A program made the translations under genes and the position numbers. The notes under the pieces were generated by a model. That model made no database searches and was not told where the DNA came from. It saw only the letters and a program-made list of their open reading frames with translations. From Candidatus Saccharimonadota bacterium (GTDB taxonomy: Bacteria; Patescibacteriota; Saccharimonadia; Saccharimonadales; UBA4665), in the NCBI GenBank assembly GCA_002952755.1, contig CP025011.1:870001-902000 (forward strand): DNA of 32,000 nt. Reading direction: 5' to 3'. The stretch's first letter is position 1; each line of letters opens with the position of its first letter. This document shows, piece after piece, positions 24,108 through 32,000 of the stretch.

Positions 24108-24410
24108 ATGAAAGCTATCTGGAACGACATCGTTATTGCCGAAGCCCCAAAAGACCAACTCATCTATATCGAACAAAACTGGTATTTCCCACCCTCGAGC
24201 GTCAAACAGAAATACTTACGAAAGAGTGATACACCCTACACCTGCCCCTGGAAGGGCGTCTGCCAGTATTTCGATATTATTGACGGCGACAAAGTCAGCA
24301 AAGACAATGCCTGGAGCTACCCCGAGCCAAAGACCAGCGCTATCACCATCGTCAAAAAAGACTTTAGCAATTACGTCGCCTTCTGGCGCGATGTAAAGGT
24401 TGTCGAATAG
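24108..24410 (+). CDS. DUF427 domain protein
   Basis: MKAIWNDIVIAEAPKDQLIYIEQNWYFPPSSV...CPWKGVCQYFDI...AWSYPEP, the DUF427 pattern. The ATG at 24108 follows AAGGAGAG. The ORF track start at 24090 is less likely. Confidence 0.8.
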   Translation: MKAIWNDIVIAEAPKDQLIYIEQNWYFPPSSVKQKYLRKSDTPYTCPWKGVCQYFDIIDGDKVSKDNAWSYPEPKTSAITIVKKDFSNYVAFWRDVKVVE

Positions 24411-24463
24411 CCTAGCACTTTTCTTTTCAACAAACGCAGCCGGTTCAGGAATATATCTAATGT

Positions 24464-25138
24464 ATGAAAACGCAACTTAACCCCGACGATTACTTAGCAC
24501 ATAATCGTGATGCTTATAATGCCTACGCCAAAGAGTATCGCACTAAAATGCACTCAAAAGCATGGACTGATGGTGATATTGACCTAGTTGATTATATTCA
24601 GCGCTATTTACCAGCCAAGGCTTCGGATCATCTAAAGATTTTAGACTTGGGGCCGGGCAATGGCAATGTCCTCAGTTTGCTAAAAGCTAGAGGATTTGAC
24701 CCGAGCGGTATAGAACTGTCGCCCGAAATGGCAGCGATTGCCCAGGAAACCGTGCCAGAAGTGCCAATCATTGTTGACGATTTCTTGGGACACGACTTCG
24801 GCGACCAGCGGTTTGAAGGTATATTCGCTTGTGCTTTTGTGCATTTATTCCCGGGAAATAAAGCCCTGCATGTCCTCCAAAAGATTAAGAGCTTGTTATC
24901 TGCTGATGGCGTTGCTCTTATCGCAACTACAAAACATGGTCGCCCTGAGGAGGGCTATATCGAGAAAAAGCGTTTCAATGGTAATAGCTTACGCTACCGT
25001 AGAAAGTTTACCGAAATGGAGCTACGCTCTCTTATCGACAAAGCTGGCCTTCAGGTCTTGGATTATTCAGAACTGCACGAAGATGTGGATAGTAGTGAAG
25101 ATGAAGTTTGGATGCGCCTCATTGTGAGCGTTTTATAA
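24464..25138 (+). CDS. Class I SAM-dependent methyltransferase
   Basis: 224 aa with motif I ILDLGPGNGNV, a post-I acidic residue (GIELS) and FACAFVHLF. Confidence 0.85.
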   Translation: MKTQLNPDDYLAHNRDAYNAYAKEYRTKMHSKAWTDGDIDLVDYIQRYLPAKASDHLKILDLGPGNGNVLSLLKARGFDPSGIELSPEMAAIAQETVPEVPIIVDDFLGHDFGDQRFEGIFACAFVHLFPGNKALHVLQKIKSLLSADGVALIATTKHGRPEEGYIEKKRFNGNSLRYRRKFTEMELRSLIDKAGLQVLDYSELHEDVDSSEDEVWMRLIVSVL

Positions 25139-25158
25139 CGAACGATCCAGCGTTATAA
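25133..25158. terminator. Hairpin between the convergent methyltransferase and thyA genes
   Basis: 8-bp stem TTATAACG / CGTTATAA with a 10-nt loop. It is AT-rich with no strong U-tract, so function is uncertain. Confidence 0.35.
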
Positions 25159-25173
25159 CTGCGACCTAATCAG

Positions 25174-25989
25174 CTACACGATTACCAGGTCGGCCTTGAG
25201 TTTGGGATGCGATTGATAGCCTTCAAGCACAAAATTTTCTTCCTTGAAGTCGTCAATGCTGGCGACCTCGCCTACGATCTTGAGGCGGGGAAGCGGCAAT
25301 GGCTTACGCTGCAATTGCTCCTTAGCGGCCTCGATATGGTTGGTGTACAAATGGGCGTTGCCGGCCGAAATAATCAACTCGCGCGGTTCGAGATTGGTTA
25401 GATAGGCGACCATGTGCAAAAGCATAGCGTACTGGGCGATGTTAAAGGGCGCCCCAAGAAATACATCCCACGAGCGCTGATATAAATGCAAGCGTAGCTT
25501 ACCCTTAGTAACGTCGAATTGGAACATAGTGTGGCACGGAGGCAAACGCATTTCCTTCAGCTCGCCAGCATTCCAGGCGCTGACAATAATGGCTTTGGAG
25601 TGCGGGTTGTTCTTGATTTCATCGATAGCCCATTGCAGCTGGTCGAACTCAGTACCATCTGGGCGCCGCCAGTGCCGCCACTGTACACCATACACACGGC
25701 CGAGGTCATGCGGATTATCGTCGTTTAAAAAACCATCCCAGTAGTGAATCTTATGCTCATGCAAATAGTCGACATTCGAGGTCCCAGAGATAAACCACAG
25801 CAGCTCGTGCAATAAAATCTTGAAGGGCATCTTCTTGGTAGTTAACAACGGGAAACCCTGCCGCATGTCAAAGCGTACCTGCGCACCAAAAATCGACTTG
25901 ATGCCATGCACGCCGCGCGTTGGCTTGCTTTTACCCTCTTTGAGAATCTCCAGCATCAGCTTGAGATATTCGTACTCCGGATGTGTCAT
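25174..25989 (-). CDS. thyA: Thymidylate synthase (ThyA type)
   Basis: 271 aa with FPLLTTKK, HELLWFISG, catalytic LPPCHTMFQFDV and YQRSWDVFLGAPFNIAQYA. Confidence 0.95.
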   Translation of the reverse strand: MTHPEYEYLKLMLEILKEGKSKPTRGVHGIKSIFGAQVRFDMRQGFPLLTTKKMPFKILLHELLWFISGTSNVDYLHEHKIHYWDGFLNDDNPHDLGRVYGVQWRHWRRPDGTEFDQLQWAIDEIKNNPHSKAIIVSAWNAGELKEMRLPPCHTMFQFDVTKGKLRLHLYQRSWDVFLGAPFNIAQYAMLLHMVAYLTNLEPRELIISAGNAHLYTNHIEAAKEQLQRKPLPLPRLKIVGEVASIDDFKEENFVLEGYQSHPKLKADLVIV

Positions 25990-26041
25990 GTATGTAAGTA
26001 TACCAGTGCTGCGATCCAGCTAGATAGTATCAAGAACAAAT

Positions 26042-26560
26042 CTAGCATGTCTCATTGAGCCAGTAGTTGACTACAGGATCTCCTAAGTTTTTGAAAAAAC
26101 TCGGCGAACCCGGGCCACGGAGATAGCCTCGGCGGTGCCAAAAATCGGCATTAGCATCTTGAGCCATGCCGTCGGATAGTCTAACGCGTTGGATGCCGAG
26201 GTTAGCAAGCCACCCCTCTGTGCCTCGCAATAGTTGGGTGGCGAGACCGCGATGGCGGTAGTCTTGTTCGGTAACCAGTCCGGTGATGACGCCTTGCTTT
26301 CCCTCCAACGTGCTAACCGCGATTCCGCCGACCACAGCTCGAATGTGATGGGCATTGTCAGAATCGCGCATTACCATGAGGACCGCCTCCTGGTTTAGTA
26401 CGGCACCTAGGCGGGATATATCTAACTTGGTTGGTACATTGGGTGGTGCATATAGCCGCTCCAGTTCTGAGCAGAGGTCGAGCCGTCCGGGAGTAGCCGG
26501 CGCCTGCAATGTCTCTGCAGTTATCATCTCCTGTATAAAACCTGAGCCTATTTCTGACAT
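26042..26560 (-). CDS. GNAT family N-acetyltransferase
   Basis: 172 aa with the acetyl-CoA binding motif A: VTEQDYRHRGLATQLLRGTEGWLANLG. Confidence 0.8.
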   Translation of the reverse strand: MSEIGSGFIQEMITAETLQAPATPGRLDLCSELERLYAPPNVPTKLDISRLGAVLNQEAVLMVMRDSDNAHHIRAVVGGIAVSTLEGKQGVITGLVTEQDYRHRGLATQLLRGTEGWLANLGIQRVRLSDGMAQDANADFWHRRGYLRGPGSPSFFKNLGDPVVNYWLNETC

Positions 26561-26637
26561 ACCTCTGGCTCCTCTTCGATTTATGGTTCGTATGAATGTA
26601 GCATACCTAACATCCCGGAAAAGGTATAATCAGCCGC

Positions 26638-27618
26638 ATGGGACACAGCGCTCTTACTGACCGTATTCTCGGCGCGTACAATCTACCATACTCTCAGGTG
26701 CTGCCTGTACAAAAAGGGTATCGCAACGAGACGTACGGCGTCAGGCTTACAAACGGCAGGCTTGTGAATCTCATCCTCTACAAAAGCGAAGCAGGGATAT
26801 TGGCCAAGATACGCACCGCTCACAGGGTGTCCGAGCATCTTGCTCGCCAGGGACTACTAGTGCGGCATCCCTACGACACGCGTGTTATGAAGATCCAAGC
26901 CGGCAAGCATATAAAATATGCAGCCCTCTATAACTACCTGCCAGGGAAAACTATTCCGTGGGAAGCCTACACGCAAGAGCACATCAAACTGCTTGGAGGC
27001 GAGCTGAGCAACCTACATGCTGCGTTACAAAACTTGCCCAGGGAAGACGGGCCATCAGTGAGCGATGAATACTTAGTGCTCTGCCAAAAAATGCAGCGCT
27101 ACTTTTCAGAGCCTGGAGTCTCAAAAGCGCTGCAAACCAAATTAGGTCTTACGATTTCGCCGCAGGTTTGTGATCCACTATTGCAGTTGCTCCGCTTGGC
27201 ACATGGCCTACCAAACCAGCAATGGCTACACATGGATTTCGTGCGCGGCAACGTCTTATTCGCACAGCGGCAGATTAGCGGCATTCTCGATTTTGAGAAG
27301 GCATCTTGGGGACATCCACTGTTTGATGTTGCGCGTACGCTAGCCTTTTTATTGGTTGACTGTAAGTACAAAACTGCCGACCAAGTACGGAAGTACTTTT
27401 TACAATCAGGTTACAACAAACGAGGGCAGACAATCTTTAAAAATATTAAACTCAAAACCGATGCTGGTACAGTCAATGTATTAGAAACACTTATCAATTT
27501 GTTCCTCTGTTACGACCTCTATAAATTCCTGCGCCACAACCCATACGAATCCTTGAGTCAAAACGAGCATTTTATACGCACAAAAGATTGCCTAATCGAA
27601 CGAAAGGTTATTTGCTAG
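26638..27618 (+). CDS. APH/ChoK-family phosphotransferase (small-molecule kinase)
   Basis: 326 aa with the Brenner motif HMDFVRGNVLF and the metal-binding ILDFEKASWGHPLFDVA. Confidence 0.8.
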   Translation: MGHSALTDRILGAYNLPYSQVLPVQKGYRNETYGVRLTNGRLVNLILYKSEAGILAKIRTAHRVSEHLARQGLLVRHPYDTRVMKIQAGKHIKYAALYNYLPGKTIPWEAYTQEHIKLLGGELSNLHAALQNLPREDGPSVSDEYLVLCQKMQRYFSEPGVSKALQTKLGLTISPQVCDPLLQLLRLAHGLPNQQWLHMDFVRGNVLFAQRQISGILDFEKASWGHPLFDVARTLAFLLVDCKYKTADQVRKYFLQSGYNKRGQTIFKNIKLKTDAGTVNVLETLINLFLCYDLYKFLRHNPYESLSQNEHFIRTKDCLIERKVIC

Positions 27619-27651
27619 AATAGAAGTTACGAACAAAAGAGAGGGAACAAC

Positions 27652-28209
27652 ATGGCCACGGCGTGGAAAAAGCGACTGATCGGGCAAAGCGATCTAATGA
27701 CCTTAAGTGAAAAACTCAAAGAAAGCGGCAAGAAAATAGTTTTTACCGCAGGGTCGTGGGATTTGTTGCATGTGGGGCAGTGCCGCTATCTGGAAGAAGC
27801 CAAAGCCAACGGCGATATCTTAGTGGTAGGGGTGAGCAGTAACGAGGCCATCCGGAAGGTAAAAGGCCCCAACAAGCCAGTTTTGGACGAGAAAATCCGC
27901 GCCGAAATGCTCACTTATTTGCGCCCCGTTGATTTTGTGACTATCTTGCCCGAGCCCAGTTGCCAGCCGTCGCTCGGCCTATTGCAACCCGATGTATACA
28001 TCACGGTGAAAGAAGATTGGACGGAGAATTACAAAACATCGCGCGAGTACAAAACCGTTACCAAGTACGGCGGCGAAGTGAAAGTGGTCGACCGCCAATC
28101 CACCGCCATCTCCACCACCAAAATCATCCAGCGGGCCATCGGTGGCCAGCTGGGAGACATCTTTAAAGACTTTATGGAACTACGTAAAGACCCACTCAAA
28201 GAGAAGTAG
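27652..28209 (+). CDS. Cytidylyltransferase-family nucleotidyltransferase (RfaE domain II / TagD / ECT-like)
   Basis: 185 aa: KIVFTAGSWDLLHVGQCRYLEEAKANGDILVVGVSSNEAIRKVKGPNKPV...VDFV...STTKII. The HxGH motif reads HVGQ. Confidence 0.85.
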   Translation: MATAWKKRLIGQSDLMTLSEKLKESGKKIVFTAGSWDLLHVGQCRYLEEAKANGDILVVGVSSNEAIRKVKGPNKPVLDEKIRAEMLTYLRPVDFVTILPEPSCQPSLGLLQPDVYITVKEDWTENYKTSREYKTVTKYGGEVKVVDRQSTAISTTKIIQRAIGGQLGDIFKDFMELRKDPLKEK

Positions 28210-28210
28210 T

Positions 28211-29188
28211 ATGCCTCTGTCTAAAGACGAACAAGCCAAACAGGAGCGCTACCGCGATGCGCGGTTCGCCAACCAATACGACTCCATTTGGCAGTCGGTA
28301 GGCAAATGTGTCTTTTGCGACCTGAGCGAAAAATACGTCTTTTTTGAAAAGCACGGGGTGGTAATGACCATTAGCCTGTTCGCTTACATCGACGGCCATT
28401 TCATGATACTACCGCGCCGCCATGTGCGCTCTACCAAAGACCTCACCCAACTAGAGTGGGACACCATCCGCGAGTTCTCGTACATCGCCAAAAAACTGAT
28501 CAAGAAAGTCCATGGCGTGGAGGGTATGCAGTTTATTCAAAAAGATGGTGCCACGGCGCAGAGTACGGTGAATGATCATATTCATTTTCACTGCGTGCCC
28601 TTCGATGCACCTGATCTTATGGAGTGGCGCTACCGCAAGCTTAAGTACACACCGCTGCAAAATGTGACGCTTTACAAGCAGGCCCGTAAAAAGATCGTTG
28701 AGAGCGATCTCAAATTTGACGAAAAATATGCCCGGCCGTCGGGCATGCGCATCGTATGCGATCTAGTTATCCTGAACGATAAACGCCAGATACTGCTCCA
28801 AGAACGCCAAAAGCACCTTAAACTGAGCCCTGATTACCTGACACTGCCAGGGGGTGGCGTAGAGGACTTTAGCGTGCCGCTCGAGGCCGAGCTCGCGCGC
28901 GAAGTGCGCGAAGAAACTGGCCTAACGCTTGATACTAGAAAGATAACCCTCCTCGATTCGCGCCTAAGCTCGACCGTTATTACGCGCACCGACCCCCATC
29001 TGAAGGCGACCTATCGTGCCAACAATCGCTTTTTATGGAATACCTACTTGCTCAAAGATTACGCCGAGACTGCACTGCATCCAGGAGATGACTGCGAATC
29101 GCTGCTCTGGCTTGACCTTGAGGACGCGCTCGCACATCCCCGCGTCTCAGACGGCATTCGGGCCGTCCTGCAGAAAGTATCAGAATGA
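28211..29188 (+). CDS. HIT-family hydrolase/transferase fused to a Nudix hydrolase
   Basis: The N-terminal half has CVFCDL and the histidine triad NDHIHFHCVPF. The C-terminal half has a Nudix box LPGGGVEDFSVPLEAELAREVREETGL. The ATG at 28211 is 1 nt after the upstream stop. The ORF track start at 28142 overlaps the upstream gene. Confidence 0.8.
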   Translation: MPLSKDEQAKQERYRDARFANQYDSIWQSVGKCVFCDLSEKYVFFEKHGVVMTISLFAYIDGHFMILPRRHVRSTKDLTQLEWDTIREFSYIAKKLIKKVHGVEGMQFIQKDGATAQSTVNDHIHFHCVPFDAPDLMEWRYRKLKYTPLQNVTLYKQARKKIVESDLKFDEKYARPSGMRIVCDLVILNDKRQILLQERQKHLKLSPDYLTLPGGGVEDFSVPLEAELAREVREETGLTLDTRKITLLDSRLSSTVITRTDPHLKATYRANNRFLWNTYLLKDYAETALHPGDDCESLLWLDLEDALAHPRVSDGIRAVLQKVSE

Positions 29189-30153
29189 GCGAATACACTT
29201 TCGACTGGTCAGAATTCGCTTTTGGCAGCAAAGGTGACATCAAAAGACTGCACGCCACTTTTATTGCAGCACCTAGGGAGCTATCCGCCAAACGCTTCAC
29301 CGACCTTGTGAAAGTATATCTGCCCCAAGGGAATATCGTGCTCGGACTTGCCAAAGAGCCCTATGTTGCAGGGTTCGAAAATCAGCCGCAGTTTAAAACC
29401 CTGCAGGCCAATACGGTGCAACGTATCATTGATGCCGTCAACGCCTCTGGTGTAAAACATCATATATACACCCTCCACTATTTCCAGCGAGAGTTAAAAT
29501 ATATAGCCGAAAAGCTCAACTTCAAAAGAGTACTGCTGGTAAACGGTTCCTGGAAGCAGGCTTTTCATACCACAGAAGCTTACTATGTACTGGCAAACCG
29601 GCGTATCGATTACGAAATGGTATCGCCCTTTGCGAGCGAAGCCGAAGCGCAAGCCTACGAGTCCAAGGTGATGACAGAAATAGCGGCCGCTCACCCTTTT
29701 ACGCCCGGCACTTATAGCGAAGCACAGATGATCGAACTCGCCCAAGAGGTTGCTGCCTACTCGTTCGACTACAGTTTTCAAACTGGCGTTGCACTGGGAA
29801 AATCTGCTGGCAAAAAATATAAACTACTCGCTTGGGCCTACAATAGAGTTGTGCCATCCCAAACCTATGCCATGCATCACGGTGCCTCGCGCGAGATCCA
29901 TTTTTCGCCGCCCAACGACCTTAATCATTACGACACCGTGCACGCCGAAGTTGAGCTGCTGATCGCCGCCCAAAAACAGCGACTGGAGATGCAGGGTACG
30001 ACGCTATTCATCAATCTGCTACCTTGCCCGCAGTGCAGCCGTATGTTTGCCGAAACCGACATCGAGGAGTTCGTATATGTCCAGGATCACTCTAATGGCT
30101 ATGCCGTAAGGATGCTGGAACTAGCCGGCAAAAAAGTAAGGAGAGTTACATAA
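29185..30153 (+). CDS. dCMP/cytidine deaminase-family protein with an unknown N-terminal domain of about 185 aa
   Basis: 322 aa. The C-terminal zinc motifs are HAEVELL and LPCPQCSRMF. The start overlaps the upstream stop (ATGA). Confidence 0.8.
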   Translation: MSEYTFDWSEFAFGSKGDIKRLHATFIAAPRELSAKRFTDLVKVYLPQGNIVLGLAKEPYVAGFENQPQFKTLQANTVQRIIDAVNASGVKHHIYTLHYFQRELKYIAEKLNFKRVLLVNGSWKQAFHTTEAYYVLANRRIDYEMVSPFASEAEAQAYESKVMTEIAAAHPFTPGTYSEAQMIELAQEVAAYSFDYSFQTGVALGKSAGKKYKLLAWAYNRVVPSQTYAMHHGASREIHFSPPNDLNHYDTVHAEVELLIAAQKQRLEMQGTTLFINLLPCPQCSRMFAETDIEEFVYVQDHSNGYAVRMLELAGKKVRRVT

Positions 30154-30686
30154 TGAACATTTTTATCGTGGCCGCGATGACTGCCGATGGCTATATCGGC
30201 AAAGATGCCAGCCACTTATCAACCGACTGGACCAATAAGGCAGATAAAGAATTGTTTACACGCTACATCAAACAGGCCAACAATATGGTCATGGGGCGCA
30301 GCACGTTCCTGACCACCGCCCAAAAGTATCCTACGGTTTTTACCAAAAGCATGCCAGGCAGGCGACTTTTTGTCTTCACTCACCACCCCGAAGATATTAC
30401 TGATTATCCAGAGGTTGAGGCGACTGCCGAAACGCCGCAAGCCTTCATTGAGCGTCTAGAAAAAGAAGGCGTAGAAGATTTGGCCATCTGCGGCGGCACG
30501 CAAATCTATAGCATGTTTATGGAAGCCGGACTGGTGAATGACCTCTATATTGATATGCAGGCAACGTTGTTTGGTACCGGACAACCCTTGTTCAACGTTC
30601 CGATAGAAACGACCATAAGCCTGCAGAACGTCGAACGCTTGGACGACAGCAACGTCTTGCTGCATTATCGGGTAAAAGAAGACTAG
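30153..30686 (+). CDS. Dihydrofolate reductase-family protein (RibD C-terminal-like)
   Basis: 177 aa: IFIVAAMTADGYIGKD, VMGRSTF, ICGGTQIYSMFMEAGLVNDLYI. The ATG overlaps the upstream TAA by 1 nt. Confidence 0.8.
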   Translation: MNIFIVAAMTADGYIGKDASHLSTDWTNKADKELFTRYIKQANNMVMGRSTFLTTAQKYPTVFTKSMPGRRLFVFTHHPEDITDYPEVEATAETPQAFIERLEKEGVEDLAICGGTQIYSMFMEAGLVNDLYIDMQATLFGTGQPLFNVPIETTISLQNVERLDDSNVLLHYRVKED

Positions 30687-30821
30687 TGGCGATTATTCAA
30701 ACCTGACTTTATTCTGTTGTTCGGAATCCACAAAGCTACTTCTGTCTCCTCAGTAAATCCTTTAACCGCGAATTGCAATCTTCATAATGCTACTTTTTTC
30801 CCGTAAAAAAGTAGCCAAAAA

Positions 30822-30981
30822 CCTCTCGGCCTAAAAATGAAAAAGCCTACTAACAGAGGGAGTTCTTGGACTGAGCCTGCGGAACTCGCCCCTATGGTGC
30901 TCAAACAGTCCTCGGCTTTATCCAGTCCAAGAACTCCCTCTGTTAATCGGTTTTCCATTACGGCCGAACTAGTCGGAGAGG
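30822..30981. repeat. 160-nt imperfect long hairpin with a perfect 23-bp core stem
   Basis: TAACAGAGGGAGTTCTTGGACTG (30851-30873) is the exact reverse complement of 30923-30945. Outer pairing: CCTC/GAGG and TCGGCC/GGCCGA. Flanking smaller hairpins lie at 30789-30815 (11-bp A/T-rich stem) and 31031-31051 (ATTCCGGA/TCCGGAAT). Confidence 0.75.
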
Positions 30982-31175
30982 TGGAGCAGCGGTTGAGAGA
31001 TGGTTAGTGCACACTAAGTCCTGTGGTGGGATTCCGGATCAAGTCCGGAATGACAGGGGTGTTCGAAGCTCTGTCCGCTCCTAATGTTGCAAATGATGCT
31101 AAGGTGTGGCTAAATTATGTTGGGTGCGAGGAGGTGAGGTCCCGCGACGTTAGCACACGGAGGCAACAGACAGTC

Positions 31176-32000
31176 ATGACAGTACAACGCGGCACATTTA
31201 TTGTTTTGGAAGGCGTCGATGGTTCGGGCAAAAGCACACAGTTCCGCCTGCTCGAAGCGCGCTTGCGTCAGGCAGGTTATGATGTGGTTACTTTTGATTT
31301 TCCGCAGTATGACCAACCCTCCAGCTATTTTGTCCGCGAATACCTAGCGGGCAAATACGGCGATGCCAACGCCATCGGCCCGTACACTTCCTCGCTTTTC
31401 TATGCACTGGATCGTTTTGAGGCTGCTCCGGCGATTCATGCCGCGCTTGACGCCGGCAAAATCGTACTAGCTGATCGTTTTACCGGCTCCAGCATGGCCC
31501 ATCAGGGGACCAAATTCCGTTCTCCCGAAGAACGGCGAGGCTATTTTATTTGGCTCGACAACCTCGAATTTGAGATGCTCAAAATTCCGCGCCCCGATTT
31601 GAGTTTTGTGCTGCGCGCGCCACCCGAGATCTCGCAGATGCTACTCGAGCAATCAGGCAAAGCGCGCGATGCTCACGAAAAAGACCCTCGTCATCTTGAA
31701 CATGCTCTGGCAGTGTATGACGACATGACCCAACTTTTCCCAAAGGACTTTCAACGGATCGACTGTGTCCGCGGCGACACATTAATGGAAATCGAAGCGA
31801 TTCAGTCATTGCTCTGGGAAAAGATCAGTCCCTTGCTGCCACCACCCTCGCAACTGGAAATGCCCATGCCCACCCTCTCTAAAGCCGAAGCTACTGCCTC
31901 GCCACAGATTATTGATGCAGCTGCCGCTGAAAAGATGGACGCCTACTACACCCCCGACTCACTCGACGATGACGTTAAGCGCCAGTACAAATTGCATATG
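31176..32000 (+). CDS. tmk: Thymidylate kinase, open to the window edge (partial; extends beyond the kinase domain)
   Basis: Not in the ORF track because no stop falls in the window. I translated it by hand: MTVQRGTFIVLEGVDGSGKSTQFRLLEARL...DRFTGSSMAHQG.... The P-loop, DRF/DRY-like motif and lid are present. GGAGG lies 12 nt upstream. The frame stays open for 275 codons. Confidence 0.88.
   Translation, partial: MTVQRGTFIVLEGVDGSGKSTQFRLLEARLRQAGYDVVTFDFPQYDQPSSYFVREYLAGKYGDANAIGPYTSSLFYALDRFEAAPAIHAALDAGKIVLADRFTGSSMAHQGTKFRSPEERRGYFIWLDNLEFEMLKIPRPDLSFVLRAPPEISQMLLEQSGKARDAHEKDPRHLEHALAVYDDMTQLFPKDFQRIDCVRGDTLMEIEAIQSLLWEKISPLLPPPSQLEMPMPTLSKAEATASPQIIDAAAAEKMDAYYTPDSLDDDVKRQYKLHM

Noticed and set aside
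29185-30153. Deaminase with an extra N-terminal domain, considered as a defensive dCTP-deaminase-type nucleotide-depletion gene.
   Set aside because: No P-loop or kinase motif is present in the N-domain. The gene is translationally coupled into a housekeeping thymidylate operon (stop/start overlaps with its neighbours and DHFR), so a metabolic role is more parsimonious.
30837-31007. 56-codon ORF (MKKPTNRGSSWTEPAELAPMVLKQ...) inside the long hairpin.
   Set aside because: It has no SD. The frame spans both arms of a perfect inverted repeat, so the open frame is more likely a by-product of the palindrome.
30687-31175. Identity of the structured spacer as SRP RNA, RNase P RNA, tmRNA, 6S RNA or a THF/ZTP riboswitch.
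   Set aside because: The hallmark motifs were not seen: the SRP GNAR loop with AGCA/GGAA symmetric loop, the RNase P GAGGAAAGUCC, a tRNA-like CCA end, and the ZTP or THF cores. 6S cannot be excluded by eye, but the perfect 23-bp stem is atypical for it.
1-32000. CRISPR arrays, rRNA genes, transposases, integrases or reverse transcriptases.
   Set aside because: I found no regularly spaced direct repeats, no rRNA-like sequence, and no ORF with recombinase or RT motifs on either strand.

Overview
32-kb bacterial chromosomal window read with the standard genetic code. I saw no rRNA, CRISPR array, transposase or integrase. The taxon cannot be fixed from sequence alone. The small, tightly packed genes and divergent ribosomal proteins are only weakly suggestive of a reduced-genome lineage. 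The region from about 11.2 kb to 32 kb is mostly housekeeping: secE-nusG-rplK-rplA, a thymidylate module (thyA, dCMP deaminase, DHFR-family reductase, tmk running off the window), envelope genes (GT2, GT4, a short MprF-like aminoacyl-phosphatidylglycerol synthase), a cytoplasmic PAS histidine kinase, a secreted three-repeat surface protein, and a translationally coupled kinase / cytidylyltransferase / HIT-Nudix operon. The left third (about 200-11154) ends at a tRNA-Trp(CCA) and is a mosaic of unrelated accessory modules: a MerR-controlled ABC-2 exporter with one frameshifted permease, BrnT/BrnA toxin-antitoxin, MarR plus alpha/beta hydrolase, a papain-like cysteine peptidase, and a two-gene cassette at 8118-10962. 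That cassette encodes a RecB-like PD-(D/E)xK nuclease with a large unrecognisable N-terminal domain, followed by an AAA_15/21 (OLD/PtuA/AriA-type) ABC ATPase. It is my best candidate for an undescribed defence or conflict system. The module boundaries carry a family of short paralogous segments that share a W-Q-G/D-L coding core. Other items worth a second look are two long perfect inverted repeats (20848-20950 and 30822-30981), an ORF wedged between rplK and rplA, a Lys/Glu/Ala-rich N-terminal extension on L1, a HIT-Nudix fusion, and an unknown N-terminal domain on the dCMP deaminase. All functional calls rest on motifs read by eye. No database search was possible.
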